From: Nitrosomonadales bacterium
GTDB taxonomy: Bacteria > Pseudomonadota > Gammaproteobacteria > Burkholderiales > Sulfuricellaceae
Length of the DNA stretch: 42,288 nucleotides
NCBI GenBank assembly: GCA_003104895.1
Contig: PQAG01000055.1
Coordinates: 1 to 42,288, forward strand
Reading direction: 5' to 3'
Position numbers and translations under genes: made by a program. Positions 1 to 11,111 of the stretch are shown piece after piece. The notes below the pieces were generated by a model. That model was given only the letters and a program-made list of their open reading frames with translations. It was not told the DNA's origin and searched no databases. Within the stretch, counting starts at the first letter, position 1, and each line of letters starts with the position of its first letter.

Positions 1-693
1 ACGCTCAAGGACGCCCTGAACGAGGCCATGCGCGACTGGGTCACCAATGTCGAGAGCACCTTCTACATTCTTGGCACGGCGGCAGGCCCGCACCCCTATC
101 CCATGCTGGTGCGCGATTTCCAGTGCGTGATCGGCGAGGAAGCCAAGGTGCAGATGCCGGAAATGACCGGCCGCCAGCCGGATGCCGTGATTGCCTGCGT
201 CGGCGGCGGTTCCAATGCGATCGGGATCTTCTATTCCTACATTCCGGTCGATGGCGTCAAGCTGATCGGCGTCGAGGCCGCCGGCCTGGGGCTTGAAAGC
301 GGCAAGCACGCGGCGCCGCTCAATGCCGGCAAGGCAGGCGTGCTGCATGGTGCGCGCCAGTACCTGATGCAGGACCCCAACGGTCAGATCATCGAAACCC
401 ATTCCATTTCCGCCGGCCTGGATTATCCCGGCGTGGGGCCGGAACACTGCTGGCTCAAGGACAGCGGCCGTGCAGAATATGTTGCCGTGACGGACGATGA
501 AGCCTTGCGCGCCTTCCACGACCTGTGCCGCTTCGAGGGTATTATCCCGGCCCTGGAATCGAGCCACGCCCTGGCCTATGCGGCCAAACTGGCGCCGACC
601 CTGTCCAGGGACAAGGTGCTGCTGGTCAATCTGTCCGGCCGTGGCGACAAGGATATGAACACAGTGGCGGAGCTGTCGGGTATCAAGTTTTGA
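1..693 (+). CDS. trpB: tryptophan synthase beta chain (5' end outside the window)
   Basis: Frame 1 is open from nt 1 ([14 protein letters not shown]...), so the ATG at 28 is internal. The GGGSNAIG glycine loop and LSGRGDKD near the C-terminus are typical of PLP-dependent TrpB. trpA follows after a 12-nt gap. Confidence 0.95.
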   Translation, partial: TLKDALNEAMRDWVTNVESTFYILGTAAGPHPYPMLVRDFQCVIGEEAKVQMPEMTGRQPDAVIACVGGGSNAIGIFYSYIPVDGVKLIGVEAAGLGLESGKHAAPLNAGKAGVLHGARQYLMQDPNGQIIETHSISAGLDYPGVGPEHCWLKDSGRAEYVAVTDDEALRAFHDLCRFEGIIPALESSHALAYAAKLAPTLSRDKVLLVNLSGRGDKDMNTVAELSGIKF

Positions 694-705
694 AACGGAA
701 TTTTC

Positions 706-1506
706 ATGTCACGCATTGAAGCTACATTCAACAATCTTCGTACTCAGGGGAAAAAAGCCCTGATTCCCTTCATCACCGCCGGTGATCCTTCTCCTGCCCT
801 GACCGTGCCGCTGATGCACAAGCTGGTCGAAGCCGGGGCGGATATCCTCGAGCTGGGGGTGCCGTTCTCCGATCCCATGGCGGACGGGCCCACCATTCAG
901 CGCGCCAGCGAACGTGCCCTGAAGCATGGCGTTGGCCTCAGGGATGTGCTGGCGCTGGTGGCCGAGTTCCGCAAGTCCAATTCAAGCACCCCGGTGGTGC
1001 TGATGGGTTATGCCAACCCGATCGAGGCCATGGGCTACGAACAGTTTGCCCAGGCCGCCGGGAACGCGGGCGTGGACGGCGTGCTGACGGTGGATTATCC
1101 GCCGGAAGAGTGCGCGGGCCTGGCGGCAGCCCTGCAGCAGCGCGATATCGATATGATTTTCCTGCTTTCTCCGACCACCCCGGACAGGCGTTTCCAGCAA
1201 GTGGCCAAGCTGGCGCGGGGCTTCATTTACTATGTTTCGCTCAAGGGCGTGACGGGTTCGGCCAATCTGGACCTGCAGGAAGTCAGCCGCAAGATTCCCG
1301 TCATCCAGGCCGCCGCCAGCCTGCCGGTAGGTGTCGGCTTCGGCATCCGCGATGGCGAAACGGCCAGGGCGGTGGCCCGGTTTGCCGATGCGGTGGTGAT
1401 CGGCAGCCGCATCGTGCAGGAAATCGAAAATTCAGAGGCGGATGCCGCGGCGCAGAATGTATTTGCCCTGGTCAAGGGCATCCGCACTGCCATGGATAGT
1501 AAATAG
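706..1506 (+). CDS. trpA: tryptophan synthase alpha chain
   Basis: 266 aa. [12 protein letters not shown] and [17 protein letters not shown] motifs are characteristic of TrpA. Classic trpB-trpA adjacency. Confidence 0.95.
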   Translation: MSRIEATFNNLRTQGKKALIPFITAGDPSPALTVPLMHKLVEAGADILELGVPFSDPMADGPTIQRASERALKHGVGLRDVLALVAEFRKSNSSTPVVLMGYANPIEAMGYEQFAQAAGNAGVDGVLTVDYPPEECAGLAAALQQRDIDMIFLLSPTTPDRRFQQVAKLARGFIYYVSLKGVTGSANLDLQEVSRKIPVIQAAASLPVGVGFGIRDGETARAVARFADAVVIGSRIVQEIENSEADAAAQNVFALVKGIRTAMDSK

Positions 1507-1539
1507 TCATCAGTATTCAGTCGTCAGTCTTATAGTGGA

Positions 1540-1560
1540 GCGGCGATGCCGCGCTTTTAC
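1540..1560 (+). terminator. weak hairpin plus T-run after trpA
   Basis: GCGGC-gat-GCCGC (5-bp stem) followed by GCTTTTAC, 34 nt after the trpA stop. The stem is short, so this is tentative. Confidence 0.25.
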
Positions 1561-1607
1561 TAATTGGCTGAACACTGGCAACCGACAACCAAACAAAGGA
1601 TTTGCCC

Positions 1608-2477
1608 ATGAGCTGGTTCCAGAAACTTATTCCCCCCAAGATCAAGCGCAAGATCAGCGGCGACACCAAAAAATCCGTGCCCGAAGGGCTGTGGAGCAAG
1701 TGCCCTACCTGCGAATCGGTGCTGTACCGGACCGATCTGGAAAAAAATCTGGAGGTGTGCCCCAAATGCAGCCATCACTACCGTATTTCTGCCCGCACCC
1801 GTCTTCATTTTCTGCTTGATGCCGAGGGGCGTCACGAAATCGGCGAGAGTGTGGCGCCGGTCGATAGCCTGAAGTTCAAGGACAGCAAGCGCTATGCCGA
1901 TCGCCTCGCGGATGCCAAGCGGGATACCGGCGAGACGGATGCGCTGGTGGTGATGCAGGGTAGTGTCAAGAATGTCCCCCTCGTCGCAGCCGCTTTTGAA
2001 TTCAAATTCATGGGCGGATCCATGGGCTCGGTGGTGGGAGAGCGTTTCGTGCGTGGCGTGGATGTATGCCTCGAAAAACGGCTGCCCTTCGTGTGCTTTT
2101 CCGCCAGCGGCGGTGCACGCATGCAGGAAGGCCTGCTGTCCCTGATGCAGATGGCCAAGACCAGCGCTGCGCTGTCCCGGCTGGGCGACGCCGGACTGCC
2201 GTTCATCTCGGTGCTCACCGATCCCACCATGGGCGGCGTTTCCGCCAGCTTTGCCATGCTCGGCGACATCATCGTGGCGGAGCCTAATGCCCTGATCGGC
2301 TTTGCCGGGCCGCGCGTGATCGAGCAAACGGTGCGCGAAACCTTGCCAGATGGCTTCCAGCGTGCTGAATTCCTGGTTGCGCATGGTGCGGTGGACCTGA
2401 TCGTTGATCGCCGCCAGATGCGCGACCGGCTTGCCAACCTGCTCACCATGATGTCGCGCATGCCTGCTGCGGCCTGA
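1608..2477 (+). CDS. accD: acetyl-CoA carboxylase carboxyltransferase subunit beta
   Basis: N-terminal MSWFQK. Zinc ribbon CPTC-x15-CPKC. Carboxyltransferase core ([16 protein letters not shown]). The ATG at 1608 is preferred over the ORF-track start at 1602. Confidence 0.95.
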   Translation: MSWFQKLIPPKIKRKISGDTKKSVPEGLWSKCPTCESVLYRTDLEKNLEVCPKCSHHYRISARTRLHFLLDAEGRHEIGESVAPVDSLKFKDSKRYADRLADAKRDTGETDALVVMQGSVKNVPLVAAAFEFKFMGGSMGSVVGERFVRGVDVCLEKRLPFVCFSASGGARMQEGLLSLMQMAKTSAALSRLGDAGLPFISVLTDPTMGGVSASFAMLGDIIVAEPNALIGFAGPRVIEQTVRETLPDGFQRAEFLVAHGAVDLIVDRRQMRDRLANLLTMMSRMPAAA

Positions 2478-2499
2478 GTTCCGCGCAGACTGGGGCGAT

Positions 2500-3798
2500 A
2501 TGTCAACTCTGCCCGTGGAGCTGCCTCAGCTCCCAGCTTCCAGCCCTCAGCGCGCGCTTTCCGGCTGGCTGGCCTATCTTGAGCGCCTGCACCCGAAGAC
2601 CATCGAACTGGGGCTGGAGCGCATCAATCAGGTCAGGGCGCGGCTCCTGCTCCAGCCGTCTTTCCCCATCATCACCGTCGGCGGCACCAACGGAAAAGGG
2701 TCCACCTGCGCCATGCTGGAAGCCATTCTGGCGGCAGCGGGATACAGGACCGGCCTTTATACTTCGCCCCACCTGCTGCGCTACAACGAACGCGTGCGCA
2801 TCGCCAGCCAGGAAGCATCCGACGCGGCTTTATGCGAAGCCTTTGCCGCGGTGGAAGCCGCGCGCGGCGAAGTTTCACTGAGCTATTTCGAATTCGGCAC
2901 CCTTGCTGCCATGTGGCTGTTTCAGCAGCAGGCCGACGTGGCCATTCTGGAAGTGGGTCTGGGCGGGCGGCTCGATGCGGTGAACGCCTTCAATGCCGAT
3001 TGCGCCATTGTGACCAGCGTGGATCTCGATCACATGGATTACCTCGGCGATGACCGCGAAAGCATCGGCTGGGAGAAGGCGGGCATATTCCGGGCCGGCA
3101 AGCCTGCAGTGTGCGCGGATGCAGACCCGCCGCGCCGCCTGCTCGATCATGCAGCGCAAATCGGCGCAGATCTGAAGCTGATCGGGAGAGATTTCATTGC
3201 GCAGCGTGAGGCCGCGCAATGGCAGTTTGCGAGCCATGACGGCTGGCGCCTTGCGTTGCCATTCCCGGCTTTGCGCGGAGGCTACCAGCTCGATAATGCC
3301 AGCGCCTGTCTTGCCGCCCTGGAGGCGCTCAGGGAACGGCTGCCCGTGACTCCCGGTGACATCCGCCGCGGCCTGCTGGAGGCTGCCGTTCCAGGACGCT
3401 TCCAGGTGCTGCCTGGACGGCCTGTGATAATCCTCGACGTGGCCCACAACCCGCATGCGGCGCGGGCGCTGGCGGCCAATTTGCGCGAGATGGACCAGCA
3501 CGGCAGGACCATCGCGGTATTTGCCATGCTGGCCGACAAGGACGTCAGCGGGGTGGTTTCCGCGCTGCAGGATGTCATCGACCTGTGGCTGGTCTCCGGG
3601 ATCGACCACCCGCGCGGGATGGATGCAGCCGCATTGGCCGCTCATGTGGCTGACCTGGCCCATGAAGTGTTTCCCGACATCGCCGCCGCCTATCGCCATG
3701 CCTGCCAAATTGCGGGTGAAGGTGATAGAATTGCGGCCTTCGGCTCGTTCCATACCGTGGCCGAAGTCATGCAGCAACGAATGCCCATTTGTTCATGA
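2500..3798 (+). CDS. folC: bifunctional folylpolyglutamate synthase / dihydrofolate synthase
   Basis: 432 aa. Mur-ligase P-loop GGTNGKGST. The accD-folC adjacency is conserved in many proteobacteria. Confidence 0.92.
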   Translation: MSTLPVELPQLPASSPQRALSGWLAYLERLHPKTIELGLERINQVRARLLLQPSFPIITVGGTNGKGSTCAMLEAILAAAGYRTGLYTSPHLLRYNERVRIASQEASDAALCEAFAAVEAARGEVSLSYFEFGTLAAMWLFQQQADVAILEVGLGGRLDAVNAFNADCAIVTSVDLDHMDYLGDDRESIGWEKAGIFRAGKPAVCADADPPRRLLDHAAQIGADLKLIGRDFIAQREAAQWQFASHDGWRLALPFPALRGGYQLDNASACLAALEALRERLPVTPGDIRRGLLEAAVPGRFQVLPGRPVIILDVAHNPHAARALAANLREMDQHGRTIAVFAMLADKDVSGVVSALQDVIDLWLVSGIDHPRGMDAAALAAHVADLAHEVFPDIAAAYRHACQIAGEGDRIAAFGSFHTVAEVMQQRMPICS

Positions 3799-3814
3799 AC
3801 GAGCCCTAAACTGA

Positions 3815-4486
3815 ATGGCAAACCAGCCTTCCCCCACTGTTGAAGAGCTTCAACTCCGCAAACGCGCACGCCGCCGCCTGATCGGCGCGGTCACGCTGGT
3901 TGTTCTGATGGTCACGGCGCTGCCCATGATACTGGATGACGAGCCCAAACCGGTCGGGCAGGACATCGCCATCAGCATTCCCTCCCCGCAGGGCGCTGAT
4001 GCCCCGCTCAAGGCAGAGCCCGCACCCGTGCCACCCAAGCCGTCCCCTTCGGAAGGCTTGCCGCCAGTGCAGCCCGTTGTTCCCGCCGAGCCCCAAAAGC
4101 CTGTTGCCGCGGTGGAAAAGGCAGTTGAGCCCAAGCCGAAGCCAGCCCCCGCTGTGAAGGAAGAGAAACCTGCTGAACCGCCCAAAGCGCCAGCCGAAAA
4201 GCCCAAGGAGGCCAAGCCTGTTGCCAAGGCGCCTGACCAACAGCACGCAGGCAGCACCTATGTTGTCCTGCTCGGCGCATTCCTGGGCGAGGCCAATGCC
4301 AGGCAGCGGCAGGCCAAACTGAAAGAGCTTGGCGTCAAATATTACGTTGAAAAAATCAAATCGCCTGCAGGCGAGAAAATCGCTGTTCGCGCCGGACCTT
4401 ATCCCAGCCGCCAGGATGCCGAGCATGCGCTGGCCAGGCTGAGGGCGGCTGGAATCACGGACGGCATGGTGGCCGAAAAGAAGTAA
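3815..4486 (+). CDS. SPOR domain-containing cell-division protein (DedD-like)
   Basis: One N-terminal TM helix (LIGAVTLVVLMVTALPMIL), then a long Pro/Ala/Lys/Glu-rich low-complexity linker. The C-terminal segment of about 75 aa (YVVLLGAF...AVRAGPY...A..AL.RLRAAGI) has the SPOR pattern. It lies between folC and cvpA, as dedD does. Confidence 0.8.
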   Translation: MANQPSPTVEELQLRKRARRRLIGAVTLVVLMVTALPMILDDEPKPVGQDIAISIPSPQGADAPLKAEPAPVPPKPSPSEGLPPVQPVVPAEPQKPVAAVEKAVEPKPKPAPAVKEEKPAEPPKAPAEKPKEAKPVAKAPDQQHAGSTYVVLLGAFLGEANARQRQAKLKELGVKYYVEKIKSPAGEKIAVRAGPYPSRQDAEHALARLRAAGITDGMVAEKK

Positions 4487-4508
4487 TTTTTCCAAGCCTG
4501 GCTGACGA

Positions 4509-5000
4509 ATGACGGTTTTTGATTACACGGTGTTGCTGATTGTCGGGCTGTCCATTCTGCTCAGCGTGATGCGCGGTGCGGTGCGTGAAATCCTTGCTCT
4601 GGCTTCCTGGGTGGCGGCTTTTCTGGCGGCCAACACGTATGCCGTGTGGCTGGCGGCGCAGCTGCCGGCGGCAATACCTGGCGAGCCACTGAAATTGCTG
4701 GCAGCATTTGTCATCCTGTTCCTGATCGTATTGCTGCTGATGAGCCTGTTTGCCATTGCATTGTCGGAACTGGTCAAGACCGTCGGGCTGGGCACCTTCG
4801 ATCGCGGGGTCGGCGCCATTTTCGGCTTTGCGCGAGGCCTGCTGATCGTGATGGTGCTGGTGCTCCTTGCCGGACTGACTTCCTTGCCGCACCAGCCGTT
4901 GTGGCGTGATGCAATGTTCAGCGCGCCGCTTGAGGCCCTGACCATGAAAGCCAGGGTGTGGCTGCCGGATGATTTTGCCAAACGGCTCAGTTATGAATAA
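4509..5000 (+). CDS. cvpA: CvpA family membrane protein (colicin V production protein)
   Basis: 163 aa with four hydrophobic helices, directly upstream of purF as in the cvpA-purF operon. Confidence 0.85.
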   Translation: MTVFDYTVLLIVGLSILLSVMRGAVREILALASWVAAFLAANTYAVWLAAQLPAAIPGEPLKLLAAFVILFLIVLLLMSLFAIALSELVKTVGLGTFDRGVGAIFGFARGLLIVMVLVLLAGLTSLPHQPLWRDAMFSAPLEALTMKARVWLPDDFAKRLSYE

Positions 5001-5026
5001 CTCTCTTCTGAAATAGGCTCTAAACC

Positions 5027-6547
<1,521 letters not shown>

Positions 6548-6567
6548 AGCCGGGCTGGCCAACATCC

Positions 6568-6587
6568 CCGGATTGATCCGGTTCATT
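6568..6587 (+). terminator. possible weak terminator after purF
   Basis: CCGGA-ttga-TCCGG hairpin followed by TTCATT, 21 nt after the purF stop. The stem is short and the U-tract poor. Confidence 0.3.
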
Positions 6588-6616
6588 CAGGCCGCGTCCC
6601 GCCTGCCAGGCCCATT

Positions 6617-6645
6617 CTTGACATCCGAATCCGGCAGGCGTAGTT
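6617..6645 (+). promoter_or_regulatory. sigma70-like promoter candidate for the metZ leader
   Basis: TTGACA (6617-6622), a 17-nt spacer, then TAGTTT (6640-6645). It is placed just upstream of the structured leader. Confidence 0.45.
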
Positions 6646-6652
6646 TTCGAAC

Positions 6653-6703
6653 TGCGCCGATTTGAGAGACAGCTTGCGGGCGCATGACAAATGCGGCTAA
6701 AGC
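6653..6703 (+). promoter_or_regulatory. SAM-II-like (metA-element class) riboswitch aptamer candidate
   Basis: GCGCC...GGCGC stem enclosing a loop with GAUUU and AGCUUGC, then a 3' tail ending in GCUAAAGCG that can pair with the GCUU loop segment (pseudoknot). These are the elements I recall from the SAM-II consensus. It sits upstream of a methionine-biosynthesis gene and is followed by an intrinsic terminator. Not verified with a covariance model. Confidence 0.45.
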
Positions 6704-6708
6704 GTGGC

Positions 6709-6738
6709 AAACCCGTCCGCGCCAGTGAACGGGTTTTT
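6709..6738 (+). terminator. intrinsic terminator / attenuator in the metZ leader
   Basis: AACCCGT-12 nt loop-ACGGGTT followed directly by a T-run (GGGTTTTTTG), 46 nt upstream of the metZ ATG. Confidence 0.6.
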
Positions 6739-6783
6739 TGTTGCCCCGCTATCATCTCGATTCATCCATTACGGGGAAAAACC

Positions 6784-7956
6784 ATGAACGACGAATTCGA
6801 TCTTGAAACCCTGGCCGTGCGCGCCGGGACGGTACGCAGCCAGTTCAACGAACATTCCGAGGCGATGTTCCTCACCTCCAGCTTCGTGTTCGAGAACGCG
6901 GCGCAGGCCGCCGCGCGCTTTGGCGGGCAGGAGCCGGGCAACATCTACTCGCGCTTCACCAACCCCACCGTCAGCATGCTGCAGGAGCGGCTGGCGGCGC
7001 TGGAGGGAGCGGAGTTCTGTGTTGCCACGTCCAGCGGCATGTCCGCCATCCTGGCCTGTGTGATGGGCCTGCTTTCCGCGGGCGATCACATTGTCGCCTC
7101 GCGCAGCATCTTCGGCACCACGGTGCAGCTGTTCGGCAATATCATGAAGCGCTTCGGGGTGGAAACCACCTTCGTGCCGCTGGCCGAGCCCGCTGCCTGG
7201 GAACAGGCGGTTCAGCCCAATACCAGGCTGTTCTTCGTCGAGACGCCTTCCAACCCGCTCACGGAGGTGTGCGACATCGCCGAGCTGGCCGCTATCGCGC
7301 ACAAGGCCGGCGCCTGGCTGGCGGTGGACAATTGCTTCTGCACCCCCATCCTGCAGCGCCCGCTCGATCTGGGGGCGGACATCGTGATCCACTCTGCGAC
7401 CAAGTACCTCGACGGCCAGGGCCGCGTGCTGGGCGGCGCGGTGCTGGGCAGCAGGCAGCTCATGGAAGGGGTGTACGGCTTCCTGCGCACGGCCGGACCG
7501 ACGCTTTCCGCCTTCAATGCCTGGGTGATCCTGAAGGGGCTCGAAACCCTCAAAATCCGCATGGACGCGCATTCGCGCAATGCGCTGGAACTGGCGCAGT
7601 GGCTGGAAACCCAGCCCTGGGTGGAGCGCGTGTACTATCCCGGGCTGCCTTCGCATACCCAGCACGCGCTGGCGATGAAGCAGCAGAAAACCGGCGGCGG
7701 CATCGTGGCCTTCGACGTCAGAGGCGGCAAGGATGCGGCCTGGCGCCTGGTGGATGCAACGCGCATGGTTTCGATCACCGCCAACCTGGGGGACACCAAG
7801 ACCACCATCACCCATCCTGCCACCACCACCCACAGCCGGGTCTCGGCCGAAGCGCGGGCTGCGGCAGGCATTGGCGACGGCCTGCTGCGTGTGGCGGTGG
7901 GGCTGGAATCCGTTGAGGACATCAAGGCCGATCTGGCGCGCGGGCTGAATAGCTGA
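6784..7956 (+). CDS. metZ: O-succinylhomoserine sulfhydrylase (Cys/Met-metabolism PLP enzyme)
   Basis: PLP-lysine motif [12 protein letters not shown]-terminal [17 protein letters not shown] lies before the ATG at 6784. The ORF-track start at 6691 would run through the terminator hairpin. Confidence 0.88.
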   Translation: MNDEFDLETLAVRAGTVRSQFNEHSEAMFLTSSFVFENAAQAAARFGGQEPGNIYSRFTNPTVSMLQERLAALEGAEFCVATSSGMSAILACVMGLLSAGDHIVASRSIFGTTVQLFGNIMKRFGVETTFVPLAEPAAWEQAVQPNTRLFFVETPSNPLTEVCDIAELAAIAHKAGAWLAVDNCFCTPILQRPLDLGADIVIHSATKYLDGQGRVLGGAVLGSRQLMEGVYGFLRTAGPTLSAFNAWVILKGLETLKIRMDAHSRNALELAQWLETQPWVERVYYPGLPSHTQHALAMKQQKTGGGIVAFDVRGGKDAAWRLVDATRMVSITANLGDTKTTITHPATTTHSRVSAEARAAAGIGDGLLRVAVGLESVEDIKADLARGLNS

Positions 7957-8030
7957 TTCTTGCTTCTTCTTCCAGGCAGCCAGTTGCTGCATTGCGGACA
8001 ATGGAACGAACATTTCAAGGGAGAAGAAAA

Positions 8031-9140
8031 ATGACCAAATACATCGGCATCCTGACTTCCGGCGGCGACAGCCCCGGGCTGAATGCGGCCATTCGCGGCG
8101 TGGGCAAGGCCTGTATCGGCCATTACGGCATGCACATCATCGGTTTCCGCGACGGCTTCCGCGGCCTGATGGAGAACCGCACCATGCGTCTGGATGGCGG
8201 CGAGCTGTCCGGGATTCTGACGCGTGGCGGCACGATCCTGGGCACCAGCCGGGACAAGCCGCACCGCATGCCGGTGGGGGGCAAGGTGCTGGACATGACC
8301 GATGTCATCGCCGGCAACTACCACGACAATCACCTCGACGCGCTGGTCTGCCTGGGCGGCGGCGGGACGCAGAAAAATGCCCTGCGCCTCAAGCAAAAAG
8401 GCCTGAATGTCATCACCCTGCCCAAGACCATCGACAACGATGTCGCCATGACCGACATCACTTTCGGCTTCGATACCGCGCTGGGCATCGCCACCGAGGC
8501 CATGGACCGTCTGCACAGCACGGCCCACAGCCACCACCGCATCATCGTGGTGGAAATCATGGGCCACCGCGCCGGCTGGCTGGCGCTGGGGGCGGGCATC
8601 GCCGGTGGCGCCGACGTGATCCTGATCCCGGAAATTCCCTACGAGGTGGAAAGCGTGGCCGAGGCGATCCGCGAGCGCAGCCGCAACGGCAAGCCGTTCA
8701 GCATCGTTGCGGTGGCGGAAGGGGCGATTTCGATGCAGGACCATCTCGCCATGCAGGCGGCGCAGGAGAAAAAAACCAAGGGCAGCAAGAAAGTGGCTGT
8801 TCCTCCTGCGCATGCGACGGAAATCCAGTATGCCGACCATACCCTGCGCCTGGCGAAAAAACTGGAGCAGCTCACCGGCCTGGAGGCGCGCGTCACCATC
8901 CTCGGGCATTTGCAGCGCGGCGGCATTCCTTCCGCGGCGGACCGCCTGCTGGCGACGCGCCTTGGCACCGCCTGCGCTGACCTGATCAGTCAGGGGCATT
9001 ATGGCGTCATGGTTGCCGCCAAGGGGGATGGGACCCGGGCAGTCAAACTCGAGGACGTGGCGGGAAAGGTCAAGACCGTGCCCCCCGGCCATCCGTGGGT
9101 GGAAAGCGCACGCCGCGTGGGCACCAATCTGGGCGACTGA
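8031..9140 (+). CDS. pfk: 6-phosphofructokinase (phosphoryl donor not assignable from sequence)
   Basis: [31 protein letters not shown] and GHLQRGG align with the PfkA family. RBS GGAGAAG lies before the ATG at 8031. Confidence 0.9.
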   Translation: MTKYIGILTSGGDSPGLNAAIRGVGKACIGHYGMHIIGFRDGFRGLMENRTMRLDGGELSGILTRGGTILGTSRDKPHRMPVGGKVLDMTDVIAGNYHDNHLDALVCLGGGGTQKNALRLKQKGLNVITLPKTIDNDVAMTDITFGFDTALGIATEAMDRLHSTAHSHHRIIVVEIMGHRAGWLALGAGIAGGADVILIPEIPYEVESVAEAIRERSRNGKPFSIVAVAEGAISMQDHLAMQAAQEKKTKGSKKVAVPPAHATEIQYADHTLRLAKKLEQLTGLEARVTILGHLQRGGIPSAADRLLATRLGTACADLISQGHYGVMVAAKGDGTRAVKLEDVAGKVKTVPPGHPWVESARRVGTNLGD

Positions 9141-9190
9141 GTGGCAATATGGGTTTTTTTGGCGTCATCAATAAATAAAAGGAAAAAAAG

Positions 9191-9433
9191 ATGGATGGAG
9201 AAAACCGCGGCGCTTCAAAACCGGTTCCGGATAACCTGAATCAAGTGCTCAATGAGTTGCAGATGATGGCTCTGCGCCGGATCGAAAGTTTTGGCTGGGA
9301 ACTGCGCTTTGTGCGCCGGCCCAGCCTTAAACAACCCATTCCCGTGGTGTCCAACGCCGAAGGCACGACCATAGGCGTGCTGGAGGAAGATGGCCGGGTC
9401 AACCTGGAGCATGATGTCAGGCTGCGCCGCTGA
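9191..9433 (+). CDS. hypothetical small protein (80 aa)
   Basis: ORF with an AAGGA RBS 7 nt upstream. No motif I recognise. Coding status rests only on ORF length and the RBS. Confidence 0.45.
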   Translation: MDGENRGASKPVPDNLNQVLNELQMMALRRIESFGWELRFVRRPSLKQPIPVVSNAEGTTIGVLEEDGRVNLEHDVRLRR

Positions 9434-9852
9434 GATTATTTTATGAGGCGGCGGAAGACGGCTGGAAGCGCATGCAGGCCCCGCATCCAGGTTCTGCGCC
9501 CAGACCAGCGCATCAATACGGTTGATATTCGCGGCCGGTCATTGTGATTGAAATGAGAATTTATGGCCAGGCTGGCGGCTGGCAATGGCGGCTCTATGTG
9601 CCAGCATAATGCAATGGCATAATTCGTGCCGATGGTATAAAAAATTTTCTGGCCCAGGTGTTTGCGCTATTAATGGTCTCCAGCCGGATTGTTAAAGAAA
9701 TCCGAGGCGCCCCTGAGTGACTGTCATGCTCATGCAGGCTCTTCTTTTTTTGCGGCCAATTGCGGCTTGTATCCAGAAACCTTTTAGAAGATATGGTCTT
9801 GGCTCACCTTGAAACGGTGATAGCCTGATGATGTTTCGAGGTTTTACTTGTG

Positions 9853-9881
9853 TTGACAAAAGCCAAACGCAGCAGGATCAT
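9853..9881 (+). promoter_or_regulatory. promoter candidate for the signalling operon
   Basis: TTGACA (9853-9858), a 17-nt spacer, then GATCAT. This is the only good -35 hexamer I see in the long AT-richer spacer. Confidence 0.3.
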
Positions 9882-10001
9882 GTTGAGGAAAAACAAGACT
9901 AATTGATATTTTAAGCCATCCAGATAAAAGGATGTTGGTGCCCGTTTTCGATGTAACGCGATCCACCTTTGACTTGTTCAGAGATTCCCTCAGGAGCTGC
10001 C

Positions 10002-11111
10002 ATGGCGGAGTTGACCCATCAAACGATATTGATAGTTGACGACTCCCCCGAGAACCTCACCATTCTCAGCGGGTTGCTTCAGCCGCTCTACCGGGTGCGT
10101 GCGGCCACCTCCGGCCAGAAAGCCTTGCGCATTGCCGGTACCGCGCCGCGCCCGGACCTGATACTTCTCGATGTGATGATGCCGGGCATGGACGGTTACC
10201 AGGTCTTCGAGCGGCTGCGCGCCGACCCCCTCACCCGCGACATCCCGGTCATCTTCGTGACTGCCATGGACAGCACCGAGGCGGAGATGCATGGCCTTGA
10301 AGCCGGTGCGGTGGATTACATCACCAAACCCATCGTGCCGCCCATCGTGCTGGCCCGTGTCCACACCCAGCTGGAGCTGAAGGAGGCCCGGGACTGGCTG
10401 CGCGACCAGAACAGCTATCTGGAGGCCGAAGTCACGAAACGCATGGCGGAAAACGAGTTGATCCAGGAAGTGTCTATCCGCGCCTTGGCCCACCTGGCGG
10501 AAACGCGGGATCCTGAAACGGGCAATCACATTCTGCGCACCCAGGGCTATGTCCATCAGCTTGCGCTGGGACTGCGGACGCACCCGCGTTTTGCATCGAC
10601 ACTGAATGAACGCTATATCAAGCTGCTGACGCGCTCGGCCCCGCTGCACGATATCGGCAAGGTGGGCGTGCCGGACTCCATCCTGCGAAAGCCCGGCCAG
10701 CTCACTGCGGAAGAGTGGGAAATCATGAAAACCCATGCCCGGCTCGGCAGCGAAGCCATCGAGCTGGCTGAGCGGGATGCCGTCGAGCCGGTGGATTTCC
10801 TTGCCCTGGCCAAGGAAATCGCCCGCTGGCATCACGAAAAATGGGATGGCAGCGGGTATCCCGACGGCCTGGCTGGGGACGCCATCCCGGTTTCGGCGCG
10901 CATCATGGCCCTGGCCGACGTCTTCGATGCCCTGATCTCGCAGCGCGTCTACAAACCCCCCATGCCCTACGAGCAAGCACGGGAGATCATTGCGGCGGGG
11001 CAAGGCCGGCATTTCGATCCGGACATGGTCGATGCCTTCTTCGCCCGCTTTGGCGTCTTTTGCGACATCGCCGACTGCCATCGCGATGGCCCGCCTGAAA
11101 GAACGCCATGA
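10002..11111 (+). CDS. response regulator with HD-GYP domain (RpfG-type c-di-GMP phosphodiesterase)
   Basis: REC domain with ILIVDD and phospho-acceptor context LILLDVMMPGMDG (Asp codon 57, nt 10170-10172). HD-GYP motifs LHDIGKVGVP and HHEKWDGSGYPDGL. AGGAG RBS lies before the ATG at 10002; the ORF-track TTG at 9969 is less likely. Confidence 0.9.
   Translation: MAELTHQTILIVDDSPENLTILSGLLQPLYRVRAATSGQKALRIAGTAPRPDLILLDVMMPGMDGYQVFERLRADPLTRDIPVIFVTAMDSTEAEMHGLEAGAVDYITKPIVPPIVLARVHTQLELKEARDWLRDQNSYLEAEVTKRMAENELIQEVSIRALAHLAETRDPETGNHILRTQGYVHQLALGLRTHPRFASTLNERYIKLLTRSAPLHDIGKVGVPDSILRKPGQLTAEEWEIMKTHARLGSEAIELAERDAVEPVDFLALAKEIARWHHEKWDGSGYPDGLAGDAIPVSARIMALADVFDALISQRVYKPPMPYEQAREIIAAGQGRHFDPDMVDAFFARFGVFCDIADCHRDGPPERTP

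Noticed and set aside
3936-4280. Several overlapping ORFs in both strands within the SPOR gene linker region (for example 3850..4257 minus, 3936..4157 plus, 4008..4280 minus).
   Set aside because: The low-complexity Pro/Ala/Lys-coding DNA keeps all frames open. Only the 3815..4486 frame has a TM anchor and a SPOR domain.
6691-6783. The ORF-track N-terminal extension of metZ (MRLKRGKPVRASERVFCCPAIISIHPLRGKT).
   Set aside because: It runs through the leader stem and the intrinsic terminator. Homologous sulfhydrylases begin near [11 protein letters not shown], and the ATG at 6784 has a purine-rich RBS region.
9828-9902. A 24-codon ORF (MMFRGFTCVDKSQTQQDHVEEKQD) in the long spacer, a possible leader peptide.
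   Set aside because: It has no convincing RBS. It overlaps the best promoter candidate, so it would not be on that transcript. There is no codon-bias signal, and nothing distinguishes it from chance.
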